Of a stretch of DNA of 64,000 bases, positions 1 to 12,409 are shown one piece after another. The stretch is from Octopus bimaculoides. Lineage: Eukaryota. Numbering within the stretch: position 1 is the stretch's first letter; every line of letters begins with the position of its first letter. The DNA lies in NCBI RefSeq assembly GCF_001194135.2, contig NC_068992.1, positions 55,986,027 to 56,050,026 on the forward strand. The letters run 5' to 3'. The notes beneath the pieces were generated by a model. That model searched no databases. It saw nothing but the letters and a program-made list of their open reading frames with translations, and was not told where the DNA came from. A program made the translations under genes and the position numbers.

Positions 1-1449
1 TGCAACCTTTATCGCTATCACACTCCTTTCACTGATCACTCTTTCTGAATTTTATTTCAAATATTTCACTACGTTAGGATTTAAAAAGATAAAAGAAATA
101 TTTATTTCTTACTTCAAACATATCAGTTTAGATGATATCTGGGGTTTATTTTGTTGTTTTGTTTGTCTTGGTATTTTAAAATAATTAAAATGTTTCGAAG
201 TTTTTCATTAGTACATTAAATTTTCTGTATTTAAAGTCTTTTCATCTGAATTAAACTGTTAAACTGCTAAAACCAGTTCAGGTGTTATTTTCTAAGAAAT
301 CCCATTGTCTACACTATCTGTTCTCTTCCCCTTCTTAATAGGTTTCATTTATTTACATTGTAACTATCCAACTTTTCTAAAAAAATATTTTTAAACTCAT
401 TTCAAGGGTTGTTTAATAATGCAGAAACAATAATAGTTGGCAGTTTTGTTTTGGTTAACTTTGTATTTGCAACTTGGGCTGGTTGCATTGTCTTTGATAG
501 AGGTTGGGTGCTAGAGTAGACATGTTATTCTGAATAGTGGGGTTTAGACAGCTTTGCAAGCTGCTCTGAAGAAAAGGCACTCTATGGGAGTCTGATTTCC
601 AAACAGTTATATTTTAAATGGTATTAACTCCTTGTTGCCACTATCTGCACCTAAATATTTATTCTAGAATTGAAAGCTAAAAACTTTTGTCTCACTGACA
701 TTTAAGAACAAAATCTCTCCAGCTTTTGTTCTGGTGACAAAATATCAGCGTAATGTATTTAGAAAAGATGTTCACTGATGTTTTTATTGATACTGTTTGT
801 AATTATCTTGAGGTTTTGGAAGTCTTCAGACTGCAAGAAAACAAGATTTCTCTTATATTGCAAAAAGAAAGATTTTTTTTTTTTCTTAAAAAGTAAAAAA
901 AAAAAATCAATATTTTTGTTTCTTCTGTATTCCTAAATATTTTAAAATTGCCAGCTTTATATAGAAAAACAAATACCCAATGCAACAGACATCTACACAC
1001 AAGTTTTCCTATTCTAGTGCCCTCTGAGATGGCAACCCCCCACCCCCAAATCTCAATCAGTTAGTAGTATAGTCTTGAAAATGATACCTTTTCAACGAAA
1101 TTTCTACAACTTACCCTTGGCTTTAAAAATTGTTTTAGAAGCACCAAATATAGTTTACATGGTCATGTGATTGAACTCCTTGGCCCTATTTTTCTACAAC
1201 AGATCACTATTTAGTTTTACTAAATAGGGATAATACACCTTATGAACTTGCTAATTAGTTGTCTTTCAAAATCTACCTGAAAGTAAATGATAGTGCATTG
1301 TGAAAAAAAATAAAGCAAAACCCCCAAAAAACTAACAGTTTTAAAAAAAAAATACTGTGTACACTACTAGCTTGTAATCTCAACTAATATTTGATTGTAT
1401 AAAATACTTGAAACTCCCCACCTCCAAACCACACCCTCTACCAAAACAA

Positions 1450-1790
1450 CACAAGTTATATGTATGTGTGTGTGTGTGTATACACACACATGTATCTGTG
1501 TGAATGTGTGTATACATACATATTTGTGTGTGTACATTGTGTGTGTGTGTATATTATATATACATGTGTACATATATATATATATTATATATACATGTAT
1601 ATATATACATTATATATCCATGTGTACATATATATGTGCATATATATTATGTATACATGTGTATATATGTATATTATATATACATGTGTATATATATTAT
1701 ATATACATGTGTGTATATATATTATTTATACATGTATGTATATATACATTATATATACATGTGTGTGTATAGATATATATATATGTAGAA
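1450..1790. repeat. (TA)/(TG)/tacatgtgta compound microsatellite
   Basis: Direct inspection; source of the YI/VC-rich ORF artefacts. Similar tracts lie at 10459-10526, 27120-27260, 27920-28240, 31850-32000, 55280-55390 and 61141-61320. Confidence 0.95.
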
Positions 1791-2272
1791 TTATGCATCA
1801 GCTTATGCCTGAAGCTGACCCTTTCGCAGCTATATTTTCTCCCTTCTACCTTTCTATTTTTGTTGGAAATATGAATATATATATATTTTAATGTGTGGTT
1901 ATGACTTTTTCAGTAAATTGTTTCGTTTTGCTTTTTTCCCCCCCATTCAATGTAGTGTCACCTGAAATTTTAGGGATTTCTTTAAGACAATTATAGATAC
2001 TTACACATTACTTTTTTTGTTTTTGTTTTTTTTTTTGTTGGTTTTTCTTTTTTTTAAAAAAAAAAAAGAATTTCTCTCATTTATTGAATATTGAATGTAT
2101 TTTAAGCAGAAATAAACTTAGTTTGTTGAACATAGATGTTTTCATTATTTAATCCATCTGCATGTGTGCCTTTTAAAAATGATTTCTTGGTTAAATCTTA
2201 TTACTAACAACTCAAATTTTTAAGAAAGTGGTTGATGCCTAAAACAGGGTTTGTAGTAAATTTCCTCCAAAC

Positions 2273-2602
2273 CAGAGATTCTCAACCATTTTTTACCCAT
2301 GGACCCTTTTGACTACTATTATATTCTGGTGGACCCCCCCCCCCCCGTAGTCATTTGATGTTTAAAAGTTTTATAGAATCTTTTCAAAATTCCTATTTTG
2401 TTTTGTGAAGGTTGAACTATGTGAAATGTTTGAGAAAGAAACCCAGCTGCTTCTTGCAATACATACATCTAATGTAGAATTTTTTCAGGGGTTCTTAAAA
2501 TTCTATTGTGGATTCCCAATTTACTATTTTATTGCATGGACCCCCCCCCCCAAGTCTTATATGGTCCCTCAGGGGCCATATGGAGTCCCGTTGAAAACTA
2601 CT
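2273..2602 (+). mobile_element. hAT-like MITE (CAGGGGTTCTCAAC type)
   Basis: Termini cagagattctcaacc / gttgaaaactact; related copies at 58353-58590 and 33610-33680. Confidence 0.6.
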
Positions 2603-4304
2603 TTAAATCATTATCTTCAGCGACCTCACATCTCTCTCTCTTGTATGTATTTGCGTATATAAATATGACGTGCTGTATGCTATAAACTCTTAGTAATTAA
2701 GGCTTTCTTTGAATAAAAACACTTGATTTCTTGCCCCTGCAAGCTAACAAGAATCTACTCACCGGTCAGTTTTCTGCTGCCTTTTGCAATGATTTGTACC
2801 TCTTGTTTGTATCTTTTTTCCAACTGGGTGGAGTGAGGTGACTAGTTTAGAAGCTTGCTTCCCAACCACAAGTGGATTTGGTAGATGGAAACTGAAAGTC
2901 ATTGCATATATATGCTTGTGTGTGTGTATACATGTCACTGAAGTGAACAAGAGCACTAATCAGCACCAGTATCGCTGGAAATAAGAGTCAAAACAACTCA
3001 ATAGCCACAAAAACATAATGAGCTGACAAGGGAGACAAGCTCCCTATGGATGCAGATAGAGCTAGATCACCCAATGATGTCACAGTTTTGATGCTTAACG
3101 CTCAGTATACACACACACTCATATATGCATGCTTCAACTTATTAATTGATGTGTGTTTCCATTCTTCTGTTAAAAACCTTTCTGGCCATTTCCTTACGTG
3201 GAGACATGTTGAAGCTTAGCAATGTGAAATTGAATTCTGATTGACCCATGCAAACAGAAAATAGTGTTAAAATGGTGATGACTGAGTGCAAGCTGTCAGA
3301 CTCCCTGGCCAGTGTGACCATCAAGTTGTCTCAGTTTTTCATGTCTGCAAGGTACCACTCGTCTTACTTAGCCATGTTGTTTATGAAGGAAATGAACCCC
3401 CATTTTTAATCATGCAGACTGGAAATTTTTTGCCAGCAGAGCCAGGTCTAATGTAGAACAGAGACCAAGGCCCCTAAATTTTGCAGGCAGTTTAGCTTGT
3501 TACCAACCAGCACAGCACCAGACTGTTATCAAAATCACAAACTTGCTGTTCGTTGAAGTTAGCTATCAGTCATTTACTTCTCGAGGTCTAATGATTATAC
3601 AGTGCATTAAATCCCTACTTACTAATCAATGTCCTTACCTACAAAGGCATCTAAACAGGTCCCCAATTTGGGATTAATTACTGAGCTACAGCTGTGATGA
3701 GATAGTTTTTGTTTTTTATCTTTAGTTATAATAGATTTAAATATTCCTTAATTTACTACATTAATGTTGGGTGTCTTGGTGGTCTCGTGGGTAGAGACAT
3801 AATTATATAGCCACATTGAACATCCTGGGAAGGGTTCAAACCTACCCAGCGCCTGCATTAAGGGGTCTTATTAAAAAATTTTTTTTTTAAATATTTATAT
3901 CTAGAGATGAAAATGTTTAATAAGACCACCCTGTAATTCATGGCAGAGATTAGAAACCTCTGCTTGTGTCTTGTTACTACTTTTAAACACCCTTACCTAC
4001 TGGGCCACCAAAGCAACAAGATGTCTTATTAAATAACAAAAGACACTAGGTCAAGGCACCATGTAGTGGAATTGAACCTGGAATGACATGATTGAAAAGC
4101 AAACTCCTTAACCAAACAGCTGTACCCACAAAACAAAATACAAAGGAAAATGGAAAAAGGTTCGATTTTACACCTGTTTATTAGAAGAAAAAAATTACAC
4201 AATCTAAGTAGAGATTGGTTTATTGAATATATATATTTTCCAGATGAGACAACTTTTTCTTCATGTAATGAATATGACCATTCCAAAAAGGACTGTCTTT
4301 ACAA

Positions 4305-4319
4305 TCACTGCGACAATGC
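4305..4319 (-). CDS. SRM: Spermidine synthase terminal coding exon (ALSQ*)
   Basis: Strong acceptor tttatttccag then GCA TTG TCG CAG TGA; matches the short AL.. C-terminus of animal SRM; total CDS 867 nt = 288 aa + stop; AATAAA (minus) at 4219-4224 and 4177-4182. Confidence 0.8.
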   Translation of the reverse strand, partial: ALSQ

Positions 4320-4630
4320 CTGGAAATAAACAGAGATCCATTAATAAATAATAAAACAACAACTACAACTTGCTGCTGAAAACTGTACTTGAACCCTAGA
4401 CTCCTGAGTAGAAGGCTGCATACACACACAGTTAACAGCTAAACACAATGATCAGTATCTAATGTCTGTGACTACGTTTAATTGCTAAATCAGTTCACTT
4501 TGAAGATGACCAAATGGATGAAGCGTGCGTATATGGATATATGCATGCATGCGATAATATACGCAGTTTTAGACGCGTTTTGTCACTACACAGTAATTTC
4601 CCTTTGTTTTTAACGGTCATTTTTCAATTG

Positions 4631-4700
4631 GCCGGATAACTGAAGAGATGTTGGTGTGGGCTCCCACCCTGGCATCTGAAACTCGGAGTTTTATCATGGC
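4631..4700 (+). ncRNA. Type I hammerhead ribozyme-like motif (HH-A) in the last intron of SRM, antisense
   Basis: Stem I GCC-G-GAUAA/UUAUC-AU-GGC; CUGAAGA 4640-4646; 13-position stem II (12 paired) 4647-4676; extra U 4677; GAAA 4678-4681; near-palindromic stem III ACUCGGAGU; GUU site. Confidence 0.7.
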
Positions 4701-5061
4701 TACTGAATAAGTGTCACATATTTTAACAGATAAATTCCTCTATTTGCATAATATCGAGGTCTCTTTCTTTCTTTTGTTGTCCTTCCTGTCAAATATATAT
4801 ATATACATACACACACGCATACGGCCAGCCCAAGCTGGTAGTGCAATCAAGACACTTGCCCAGTAGTGGGACTGAACCCCAAACCACGTGTTTTACAAGC
4901 AAACTTCTTCCCCAAACAGTTAGCCTGCACTTTATCGAATATATTCTACTCTAGAAACTGGAGTTGTGTGTTAGCTGCTACATTAAAAAAAAAAACATCA
5001 AGTTTAAAAACAGAAGAAAAGCTGAAGTGAATAAGAAAATTATGATTGGAAGTGTAATTAC

Positions 5062-5184
5062 CTGTCGGACAAACTCTGGCAGAACAAAACTAGCTCTATG
5101 GATATCACTGTTATAATATCGTAATCCAAGTTTTTTAACTTCTTCAGCACTGAATTCACGAACAGGTTCTTTTAAATTGCTTTC
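5062..5184 (-). CDS. SRM: Spermidine synthase exon 7 (ESNLKEPVREFSAEEVKKLGLRYYNSDIHRASFVLPEFVRQ)
   Basis: LRYYNSD.HRA.FVLP.F motif; aaacag / GTAATT; 123 nt. Confidence 0.96.
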
Positions 5185-6613
5185 CTGTTTGAAAGAGAAA
5201 AGAGGAAACGGTTAATAAAAGATTTCATTATCATCATTTTAATGTCTGTCTATTTTTTTTTCATGCTTGCATGGGTCAAATGGAATTGGTTCTGACAGAT
5301 TTTCTACTGCCAGATGCTTTTCCTGTCACTAACCCTCAACTGTTTCCAAGAAAGTGAAGGCACATGGCTTAATGGTTAGTGTATCTGGTTCATGATCATA
5401 AGGTTATGAGTTCAATTCCTGGCGACGTGTTGTGTCCTTGAGCAAGACACTCGATTTCACAATTTCTATTCAGCAACCAAAAATGAGTTGTACCTGTAAT
5501 TCAAAGGGCCAGCCTTGTCACACTTGGTGGATCATGCTGAATCTCCCTGAGAACTACAATAAGGGTATGTGTGTCTGTAGAGCGCTCAGCCACTTACACA
5601 TTAATTTCACAAGCAGGCTGTCCTGTTGATCAAATCAACTGGAATACTTGTAAGTGACAGAGTGGACATGTTTTCATGGAAGCCTAAAAATGAAGGAAAC
5701 TGCTTGTACAACAGTAATACTCATTTACAACAACCATACACAAATATATGATATGTTTCTTCCCGTTTCTGTCAACCAAATCCACCCACAAGGCTTTGCT
5801 TGGCCACGGGCTACAGTAGAAGACACTTGCACAAAGAGCATTACAGTAGGACTGAACCCAGTACCATGTGATTGGGAAGCAAACTCCTATACCACACAAA
5901 CACACATCCATCTATCATCATCATCATCATCATCATTTAACGTCCACTTTCCATGCTAGCATGGGTTGGACGATTTGACTGGGGCCTGGCGAACCAGGTG
6001 GCAGCACCAACCCCAATGTCTGATTATTGCAAGAGAATTAGTAGCACTACTTTGATTGCTTCTTTTAGCAGTTGGGAAGGTGGAATAGAAAATGCAAGGA
6101 ACTAAAATGAAATAATTGCTTGACTAGAAAAATATTAGACATGGCTGCGTCAACCACATGATCCCAGGTTCAGTCCCACTGCGTGGCATCTTGGGCAAGT
6201 GTCTTCTACAATTGCCCAAGGTAGACCAAAGCTTTGTGAGTGGACTTGATAGACAGGAAACTGAAAGAAGCCCGTTGTGTGCTTGTGTGTGTGTGTGTGT
6301 TTTCCCCACCACCACCACCACTGCTTTGCACCCAGTGTTGGTTTGTTTACATCCCAGTAATTTAGTGATTCAGCAAAAGCGACAGATATAATAAGTACAA
6401 GACTTTAAGAGAAAAAAAAATATGGGGGTCGATTTGTTCAACTAAACCCTTCAAGGCAGTGCCCCAGCATGGCCACAGTGCAATGACTGAAACAAGTAAA
6501 AAAAAAAATTTAAAAAATAGGTGGTGCACCAGCATGACCGCAGCCACTTGGCTGAAACACATAAATAAATAAATAAATAAATTCAGATATTTCAAAGCTA
6601 CAATCATACTTAC

Positions 6614-6759
6614 TGGATTTGTACTGCAAATGAGAAAACCAATCTGACCACTTGGATATGTAGGTATTGTTGTATAACAGTATTCTACAACAGGATAAAT
6701 TTGGTGGCAGAAATTTTTCATTGATTTAATCAAGTCTAAGTGAAGCCACATTGATTCAC
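6614..6759 (-). CDS. SRM: Spermidine synthase exon 6 ([48 protein letters not shown])
   Basis: [11 protein letters not shown] motif; aactcag / GTAAGT; 146 nt. Confidence 0.97.
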
Positions 6760-6977
6760 CTGAGTTTAAAAGAAAATGAATTTAATTTGACGACAGTATT
6801 TGATGGCATATGATACACTTGCCCACCTGGCAAAAAAAGCATCTCAAAAAGAATCACCCAGGTCCAATATTACATGTTTTAACCCTTTAGCAGTCAGATT
6901 ATTCTGTCTAATGTAATGCTTATTTATTCACATTGTCTTGAATTAATCATGCATTATCTTGTAGCTTTGAGATTTCA

Positions 6978-7205
6978 TTAACCTTTTCGTTACCAACCCG
7001 GTTGAAACTGGCTCTGACTCTGAGTACAAATGTCTTGTTTTCTAAAGTTTTGGATTATAATTTTCCACCAAATCTTATTCACAATTTATGTTCCTAACAC
7101 TAGCTTAATGATTACTAAGTTATTTTACTAAATTCTTTGTAATATTCAAAGTAATTGAAAGAAACACAGAGCATCTCAAAATAAATACAATAACGAAAGG
7201 GTTAA
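6978..7205. mobile_element. Second TTAA-type MITE nested in the first
   Basis: TTAA-CCTTTTCGTTA ... TAACGAAAGGG-TTAA; related copy at 29171-29388. Confidence 0.75.
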
Positions 7206-7284
7206 AGTGATTATTTTTAGAATGATAATGTGAGGGGCTGGATCATAGCTTTCGACATTTTGATATGCTTTAGTTTTAAATGTC

Positions 7285-7410
7285 CCCAGCTGCTCAGACA
7301 ATACTAAAGTCTCTCACAGAATACAGAACCCTGGAGATGTTGCACTATGCAGGTGGGCTGAGGAAAACAACATGCAGCTAAATGCTGGAAAATTCTAAGC
7401 CCTGTGCGAA
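7285..7410 (+). mobile_element. Short LINE RT fragment (W..ENNMQLN..K)
   Basis: ggtgggctgaggaaaacaacatgcagctaaatgctggaaaa encodes a late RT motif of CR1/L2-type elements. Confidence 0.5.
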
Positions 7411-7599
7411 AGGCTGGATCTGGCTAGTTTGAACACAAAACAGGTAGAATATTTGGGTTGGATATGATCAGTTTAAATACTGAGGGGTTAACACACTAAA
7501 ACCTTTCTCCTGAAATGCACAGCTGAACTTGGGGTATGTCTAATAAGCCCCCATGCCATCAAGCATGACATTTTATGTCATCAAGCATGATATATTTAC

Positions 7600-7683
7600 C
7601 TTGGTTGCATATAATTCCATTTGGTTTGAGAGCATTCTTCATTAATTCATAATATGATTTCTCAAAGAGGGAAGATGCAGGAC
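7600..7683 (-). CDS. SRM: Spermidine synthase exon 5 ([29 protein letters not shown])
   Basis: Hand translation; GPA..LF..YY..AL...G motif; ctttcag / GTAAAT; 84 nt. Confidence 0.96.
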
Positions 7684-7867
7684 CTGAAAGAATACATAAG
7701 GGGAAAACAAACTTTTTAATCTTAACATATAAACAATGAAAATAACTTGTAGCAAGTATTTTCTTTCACATTTCAGCTTTTCAATTCTTTATAAAATACT
7801 GCAAAATATTTATCTGCATTGTATCCAGTGTTTTGTTATTATTATAGCAGTTGTTGTTATTGCTGTT

Positions 7868-8460
7868 GAGGCAGCAAGTTGGCAGAATCGTTAGCACGCC
7901 GGGCGAAATGCTTAGCAGTATTTTGTCTGCCACTACGTTCTGAGTTCAAATTCCGCCGAGGTCGACTTTGCCTTTCAGGGTCAATAAATTAAGTACCAGT
8001 TACACACTGGGGTCGATGTAATCAACTTAATCCCTTTGTTTGTCCCCTCTATGTTTAGCCCCCTGTGGGCAGTAAAGAAATAAGAAACGTTAGCACGCCG
8101 GGCGAAATGCTTAGCGGTATTTCATCCATCTTTATGTTCTGAGTTCAAATTCCACCAAGGTCGACTTTGCTTTTCATTCTTTTGGGGACAATGAAATAAG
8201 TATCAGTTACACATTGGGGTTGATGTAATCGACTAGCCCCCTACTCCAAAATTTCTGGCCTTGTGCCTAATGTAGAAAGGGTTATTATTGTTGTTGTTGT
8301 TATTAAGGCAGTGAGCTGACAGAATCATTAGCATAGCGGCATTTTGTCCATCTTTATGTTCGGAGTTCAAATTCAGCCAAGATTGACCATGCCATTCATC
8401 CTTTCGAGGCCAATGTAATTCCCCTGAAATTGCTGGCCTTGTGCCAAAATTTGAAACCAT
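7868..8460 (+). mobile_element. Three tandem copies of SINE family 2 (gcagaatcgttagcacgccgggcgaaatgcttagc...)
   Basis: Repeated head and body; other copies at 9198-9480, 17330-17520, 29835-30060(-), 40540-41135(-), 49250-49410(-) and 52855-53035. Confidence 0.8.
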
Positions 8461-8483
8461 TATTACCATTACTATTGTTCATC

Positions 8484-8852
8484 TGGAGGCGCAATGGACC
8501 AGTGGTTAGGGCAGCAGATTCGCGGTTTCGATTCCCAGACCGGGCGTTGTGTGCGTTCATTGAGCGAAAACACCTAAAGCTCCACGAGGCTCCGGCAGGG
8601 GATGGTGGCGAACCCTGCTGTACTCTTCCACCACAACTTTCTCTCACTCTTACTTCCTGTTTCTGTTGTGCCTGTAATTCAAAGGGTCAGCCTTGTCACA
8701 CTGTGTCACGCTGAATATCCCCGAGAACTACGTTAAGGGTACACGTGTCTGTGGAGTGCTCAGCCACTTGCACGTTAATTTCACGAGCAGGCTGTTCCGT
8801 TGATTGGATCAACTGGAACCCTCGATGTTGTAAGCGACGGAGTGCCAACAAC
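8484..8852 (+). mobile_element. tRNA-derived SINE family 1, full length
   Basis: A box tggaccagtgg, B box ggtttcgattccc, (caa)n tail; near-identical copy at 38564-38940; shorter copies at 5365-5690 and 63381-63680. Confidence 0.85.
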
Positions 8853-9487
8853 AACAATTGTTCCTCCACCGAACTCAACTTAACCTTTCCTCTTTGCAAG
8901 ATCATTAAAAAAAAGACCCAACTGAACACTGGCGTCAATGTAATCCACTAGTCTCCCTCCTCCATAATTTCAGGTTTTGTGCTTATAGTAGAAAAGAAAG
9001 TTTAATATTACTGTTAAATAAACTTGAAGACAGGTGTTGCTTGTAGATAAGTAGGTCACAGACACATTTCAATCTACATTGTAACCTTCCCATAGTTGTA
9101 ATGTGAGAAAGTCAGCTCGACAGAGCTCCTCTTTCAATAAGTTAGTTTTCTTAATGGAAACCATAGATATAAAGCCTGTAATAGTTGAGGGAAGTTAAGG
9201 TGGCGAGCTAGCAGAATCGTTAGCATGCCAACTGAAATTCTTAGTGGTATTTTGTCTGTCTTTACATTCTGAGTTCAAATTCCACCAAGGTCGTCTATGC
9301 CTTTCGGGGTCGATAAATTAAGTACTAGTTGCATACTGGGGTCGATCTAATCGACTAGACCCCTCCCCAAAAATTTCGGGCCTTGTGCCTACAGTAGAAA
9401 AGAATATTTGAGGGAAGTTACAGTGGTGAGCTGACAGAATCGTTAGCACACGCCAGGCAAAATGCTTCACAGCATTTCACCCATACT

Positions 9488-9696
9488 CTCTTTTACTTGC
9501 TTCAGTCATTTGACTGCGGCCATGCTGGAGCACTGCATTTAGCCGAGCAAATCGACCCCAGGACTTATTCTTTGTAAGCCTAGTACTTATTCTATCGGTC
9601 TCTTTTGCCGAACCGCTAAGTTACGGGGACGTAAACACACCATCATCGGTTGTCAAGCGATGTTGGGGGGACAAACACAGACACACAAACATATAC

Positions 9697-9727
<31 letters not shown>

Positions 9728-9852
9728 CGACAGGCTTCTTTCAGTTTCTGTCTATAGTAGAAGACACTTGCCCAAGGTGCCACGCAGTGGGACTGAACCT
9801 AGAACAATGTGGTTGGGAAGCAAGCTTCTTACCTCACAGCCACTCCTATGCC

Positions 9853-9855
<3 letters not shown>
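9488..9855 (-). mobile_element. tRNA-derived SINE family 3 with an internal microsatellite
   Basis: Head aggcgcaggagtggctgtgtggtaag...ggttcagtcccactgcgtggc; copies at 6138-6535(+), 12410-12755(-), 30160-30550(+), 32960-33215(+), 33220-33550(-), 38240-38520(-), 51490-51830(+), 61340-61500(-) and 62023-63005(+, split). Confidence 0.85.
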
Positions 9856-9885
<30 letters not shown>

Positions 9886-10458
9886 GATGGGTTTCCATTT
9901 CTACCAACTGATTTCCCTCATTTGATATAGTGTGGATGTTTGTATGTGTGTGTGTGTGTGTGTACATACATATATATCAACATTACCATCGTTTAACATC
10001 CATCTTCCATACATGCATGGGCAGGATGGTTGACAGGAGCCAGCCAGGTAGAAAAGTACTCTAGATTACTGTGTCTGTTTTGGCAGGGTTTTTACAGCTG
10101 GATGCCTTTCTTAACACCAACCACTCTGCAGAGTGGACTGAGTGCTTTTTATGTGGCACCAACACAGGTGAGGTCAGTTTTGGCATGGTTTTTACTGTTG
10201 GATGCCCTTCCAAATGCCAACCACTTCACAGTGTGAATTGGATGGTTTTTTATGTGTATGTACGTACACACACATACACATGCTTTGTAAAGTTTCCATC
10301 TATCAACTTATTCACAAGACATTGGTCAACCTGGGATTATAATAGAAGACACAACACATATCCAAGGTACTGCTGCACAGTGGGATTGAACCCAAGGTCA
10401 CAAAGTTGTAATGCAAACTTCTTGACCACACAGCCATGCCTGCACCCCATCCAGACAA

Positions 10459-10528
<70 letters not shown>

Positions 10529-10544
10529 ATGCATACATGGGGTA

Positions 10545-10875
10545 AAGACCCCCTTCGGTCATGAATGACTATGGAATTGCTCTTGGAAAGTTCCCCTCTG
10601 AGGCACAAGTCTGGGCAAGGTTGTTTATGGAAGACCAGCAGTTGCCCTTGCACACCAGCCTCTCCTCTCCATGCCACCGATGTTACTGAAGAGAAAGGCA
10701 AAGGCCAATAGTTTGGCACCAGTGACGTTGCAACTCATTTCTACAGCTGATTAAACGGGAGCACATGAAATAAAGTGTTTTGCTCAAGAACACAACACAC
10801 AGCCCAGTCCAGGAATCGAACTCACTACCTCATGATTGTGAGCCCGGCACTCTAACCACTGAGCCATGTGCCTTT
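10545..10875 (-). mobile_element. tRNA-derived SINE family 5
   Basis: Minus-strand head tggctcagtggttagagtgccgggctcacaatcatgaggtagtgagttcgattcc; second copy at 47222-47552. Confidence 0.8.
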
Positions 10876-10946
10876 ACAAGCATACAAATGCACACATACC
10901 AATGCAGCAAAACTGCCAGCAAGATAAATATGAAAGGAATACAAAC

Positions 10947-11100
10947 CAATGGGATCGGAAGAGTCAGTGATGATGACATCAAATTCATTTTTATGATTCT
11001 CCATAAATTTAAACCCATCGCCATAATGAATCTTACACTTTGGACTAGAAAAGCCACAAGCTAGTTGTGGTAAATACTTCTGTGATAATTCAATTACTTT
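10947..11100 (-). CDS. SRM: Spermidine synthase exon 4 ([52 protein letters not shown])
   Basis: Hand translation; GDG and [11 protein letters not shown] catalytic motifs; ccctacag / GTTTGT; 154 nt. Confidence 0.96.
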
Positions 11101-11818
11101 CTGTAGGGAAAGAAAGACAAAAGAAAAAACTGAGAGAGAGAGAGAGGGGGGGAAGTAAGAATCAAAGAGTTAGAATAAAACAGAATCTAAGAGAAACAGA
11201 GAGAATTAGAAAGACACAAAGGAAGATGTTAATGAATTCATGCATACATATACACAAAGTGTTTGTGTGTGTGTCTGTCTGTCTGTGTGTATATACACAC
11301 ATGTATAGGCCCAGAGCGTACTGGGTGCTTTTACGTGACTGTAATGCATCACCAGCACGGGCGCCTTTTGTGTGTCACCAGTATGGGTGTGTCTTGAATG
11401 TCACTGATATGGGTGCCTCTAGCATATCACCTGCATAGATGCCTCATGTGTCACCAGCACAGGTGAGGTTTGCATGTCAAGAGACTTCTTTGTGCTTTTA
11501 ACCCTTCAGTACAAAGGACGCCCCCCATGACAAGCTCATCTGGAAGGCAATAGCACCAGATCTTCACCCAGGTTGGTGTATGCAGAGAGACAGTCAGCTG
11601 AAGACATGGTTCACAACGGTCAAAGCAGATATGGAGCTCATTCTTGGCCCTCAAGACTTTGGCATTCATCGCTGGAACCAGGAATGGCTTTAACACGCTG
11701 CAGAATTGGCTGCTGACAGACATGCATAACTACTTTGGCCCATGACATGGTGAACTCAATAGGAACCAGCTTAACCCCGCCAAGATGAATGCTGTTACAA
11801 GACAAGACAGACAGTACC

Positions 11819-12268
11819 TTAACCCTTTAGCATTCAGATTACTCTGTCAAGAGTAACACTTACTTAACTAAAATTGCTTTGGATTAACCATGCACCATCC
11901 TGTAACTTTGAGATTTCAATGATCATCATCATTTAACGTCCGCTTTCCATGCTAGCATGGGTTGGACGATTTGACTGAGGACTGGCAAGCCAGAAGGCTG
12001 CACCAGGCTACAATCTGATTTGGCAGAGTTTCTACAGCTGGATGCCCTTCCTAACACCAACCACTCCGAGAGTGTAGTGGGTGCTTTTACGTGCCACCGG
12101 CACGAGGGCCAGTCACACGGCACTGGCCCTCGTGCCAGTGGCACGTGATCATTTATTTTCAGAATGACATTGTAAGGTAGGTGGGAGAGGCCAGATATGG
12201 CTAGTTTGAACATAAAACAGATGGAATATTTGGGCCAGATATGGTAAGATTAAATTCTAAAGGGTTAA
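11819..12268. mobile_element. TTAA-type MITE interrupted by a SINE-like element (11925-12140)
   Basis: TTAACCCTTTAG...CTAAAGGGTTAA termini. Confidence 0.75.
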
Positions 12269-12289
12269 AGAGACATGTATGTACTTTAC

Positions 12290-12382
12290 CTTATCGATCT
12301 CACAAAGATCCACAGTTTCAACATCAGGATGTTTCACAATTTCCCTCAGAACTCCTCCATCACCACCGCCAATCACTAACAC
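12290..12382 (-). CDS. SRM: Spermidine synthase exon 3 ([31 protein letters not shown])
   Basis: dcSAM-binding signature [12 protein letters not shown] and CEID; ttttgcag / GTAAAG; 93 nt. Confidence 0.97.
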
Positions 12383-12409
12383 CTGCAAAACAACAGCAAC
12401 AAAGTATAC

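Larger units (their letters stand above)
6879..7491. mobile_element. TTAA/piggyBac-type MITE (outer) with nested inserts
   Basis: TTAA-CCCTTTAGCA ... TGAGGGG-TTAA; other family members at 11819-12268, 15275-15490, 45991-46215, 50042-50100 and 53270-54035. Confidence 0.7.

Noticed and set aside
1367-1891. Overlapping Y/I/V/C/H-rich ORFs here and at 27011-28403, 31952, 55180-55608 and 60689-61463
   Set aside because: Translations of TA/CA microsatellites or N runs; no coding signal.
3134-3166. Alternative SRM last exon (KNGNTHQLIS*)
   Set aside because: In frame with an AG acceptor, but the tract is weaker and it does not resemble the AL.. C-terminus; 4305-4319 fits better. Not excluded as a minor isoform.
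4742-4749. Octamer ATTTGCAT beside HH-A as an snRNA-type enhancer
   Set aside because: A single 8-mer is expected by chance in AT-rich DNA; no PSE or snRNA was seen.
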